From positions 1 through 24,602 of the forward strand of contig JANLOX010000095.1 in NCBI GenBank assembly GCA_031366795.1: a stretch of 24,602 bases of DNA, in the 5' to 3' direction. Below the pieces are notes generated by a model that had not been told where the DNA came from, searched no databases, and saw only the letters and a program-made list of their open reading frames with translations. Shown in pieces: positions 24,116-24,602 of the stretch. The stretch is from Candidatus Eiseniibacteriota bacterium. Lineage in GTDB: Bacteria > Eisenbacteria > RBG-16-71-46. The translations under genes were made by a program, and so were the position numbers. The stretch's first letter is position 1. Each line of letters starts with the position of its first letter.

Positions 24116-24384
24116 TTCTTTTTCCTCTCGGCCGGATATGCTGTCACTACGACAATCACCTCGAGAATCGGATCCGGTTCGACAATTACGCTCCATCCGC
24201 GGCCGCGGTGCCGAGTCGTCACGAGCCAACGGCCGGGCAGTGCTTCTCTCTCAAGCACCGTTGCTCGACCAAGCATAGCCCGCAGGTCGATCTCGGTGAA
24301 CCGTCTATCTTCCATTCTCTTGAGCAGGTGTGGGCTGAGCTCGAGATCCCACTCCCACCACCCGGGCCAACGGAACGTGCTCAA
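24112..24384 (-). CDS. DUF4258-like protein, putative RelE/BECR-type toxin
   Basis: LSPHLLKRMEDR, GRWLV and VIVVVTAYP pattern; TTG start after SD AAGGAGG. Confidence 0.78.
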   Translation of the reverse strand: MSTFRWPGWWEWDLELSPHLLKRMEDRRFTEIDLRAMLGRATVLEREALPGRWLVTTRHRGRGWSVIVEPDPILEVIVVVTAYPAERKKK

Positions 24385-24411
24385 TCCTGGCCTCCTTGCC
24401 CCTGAGCCGCC

Positions 24412-24602
24412 CTAACGCGTGTTCTGCGTCGTGTCCTCGTCGCGGCGCCAGGCGGATTCTAGTAGCGCCAGGGCGTCGTCGAGATTGACCGCCATGGGTG
24501 CTGTCGGGAACTCGCTGCGCAGGGACTCGACTGGGCGGTAGAGCACGGGGTAGTCGCAGCTCCGCAATAGCGAGAGGTCGTTCAGGCTATCGCCCATCGC
24601 GG
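24412..24602 (-). CDS. thrH: HAD-family ThrH-like phosphoserine phosphatase/homoserine phosphotransferase (5'-partial)
   Basis: AMGDSLNDLSLL..VLYRP..EFP resembles the ThrH C-terminus (GDSxND..F-P..EFP); frame is open to the window edge. Confidence 0.65.
   Translation of the reverse strand, partial: AMGDSLNDLSLLRSCDYPVLYRPVESLRSEFPTAPMAVNLDDALALLESAWRRDEDTTQNTR

Noticed and set aside
1..24602. CRISPR arrays, tRNA/rRNA genes, IS elements or prophage
   Set aside because: No regularly spaced repeats, cloverleaf motifs, transposase/integrase motifs or phage genes were seen by eye.

Overview
GC-rich Gram-negative bacterial chromosomal window with about 24 genes. I found no rRNA, tRNA, CRISPR array, transposase or integrase. 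In order it holds: two type IV minor-pilin genes (PilV-like partial, FimT/GspH-like), an HDOD protein, a PLP aminotransferase, a secreted redoxin-fold protein lacking the catalytic Cys, a lipoprotein with a toxin-like RNase domain coupled to a candidate immunity gene, a DUF6941-like protein, a secreted hypothetical protein, fabI, a KimA-like K+ transporter, a family-5 UDG, a YciF/DUF892 protein and pepT. Next come a clear cobalamin riboswitch ahead of a TonB-dependent receptor and a secreted beta-propeller, two paralogous FN3-like proteins, an M48 peptidase, an M14 carboxypeptidase, a HAD hydrolase, a DUF4258/DUF2283 toxin-antitoxin-like pair and the 3' end of a thrH-like gene. Four secreted proteins share a FlgD-Ig/T9SS-CTD-like C-terminal domain, which suggests (inference only) an FCB-group lineage such as Ca. 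Eisenbacteria. The best candidates for new biology are the lipoprotein toxin/immunity pair, the B12 uptake locus whose BtuG-like propeller carries a C-terminal sorting domain instead of a lipid anchor, the shared sorting domain itself, and an unnamed structured RNA element at 17143-17315. All family calls come from motif recognition by eye; no searches were run.
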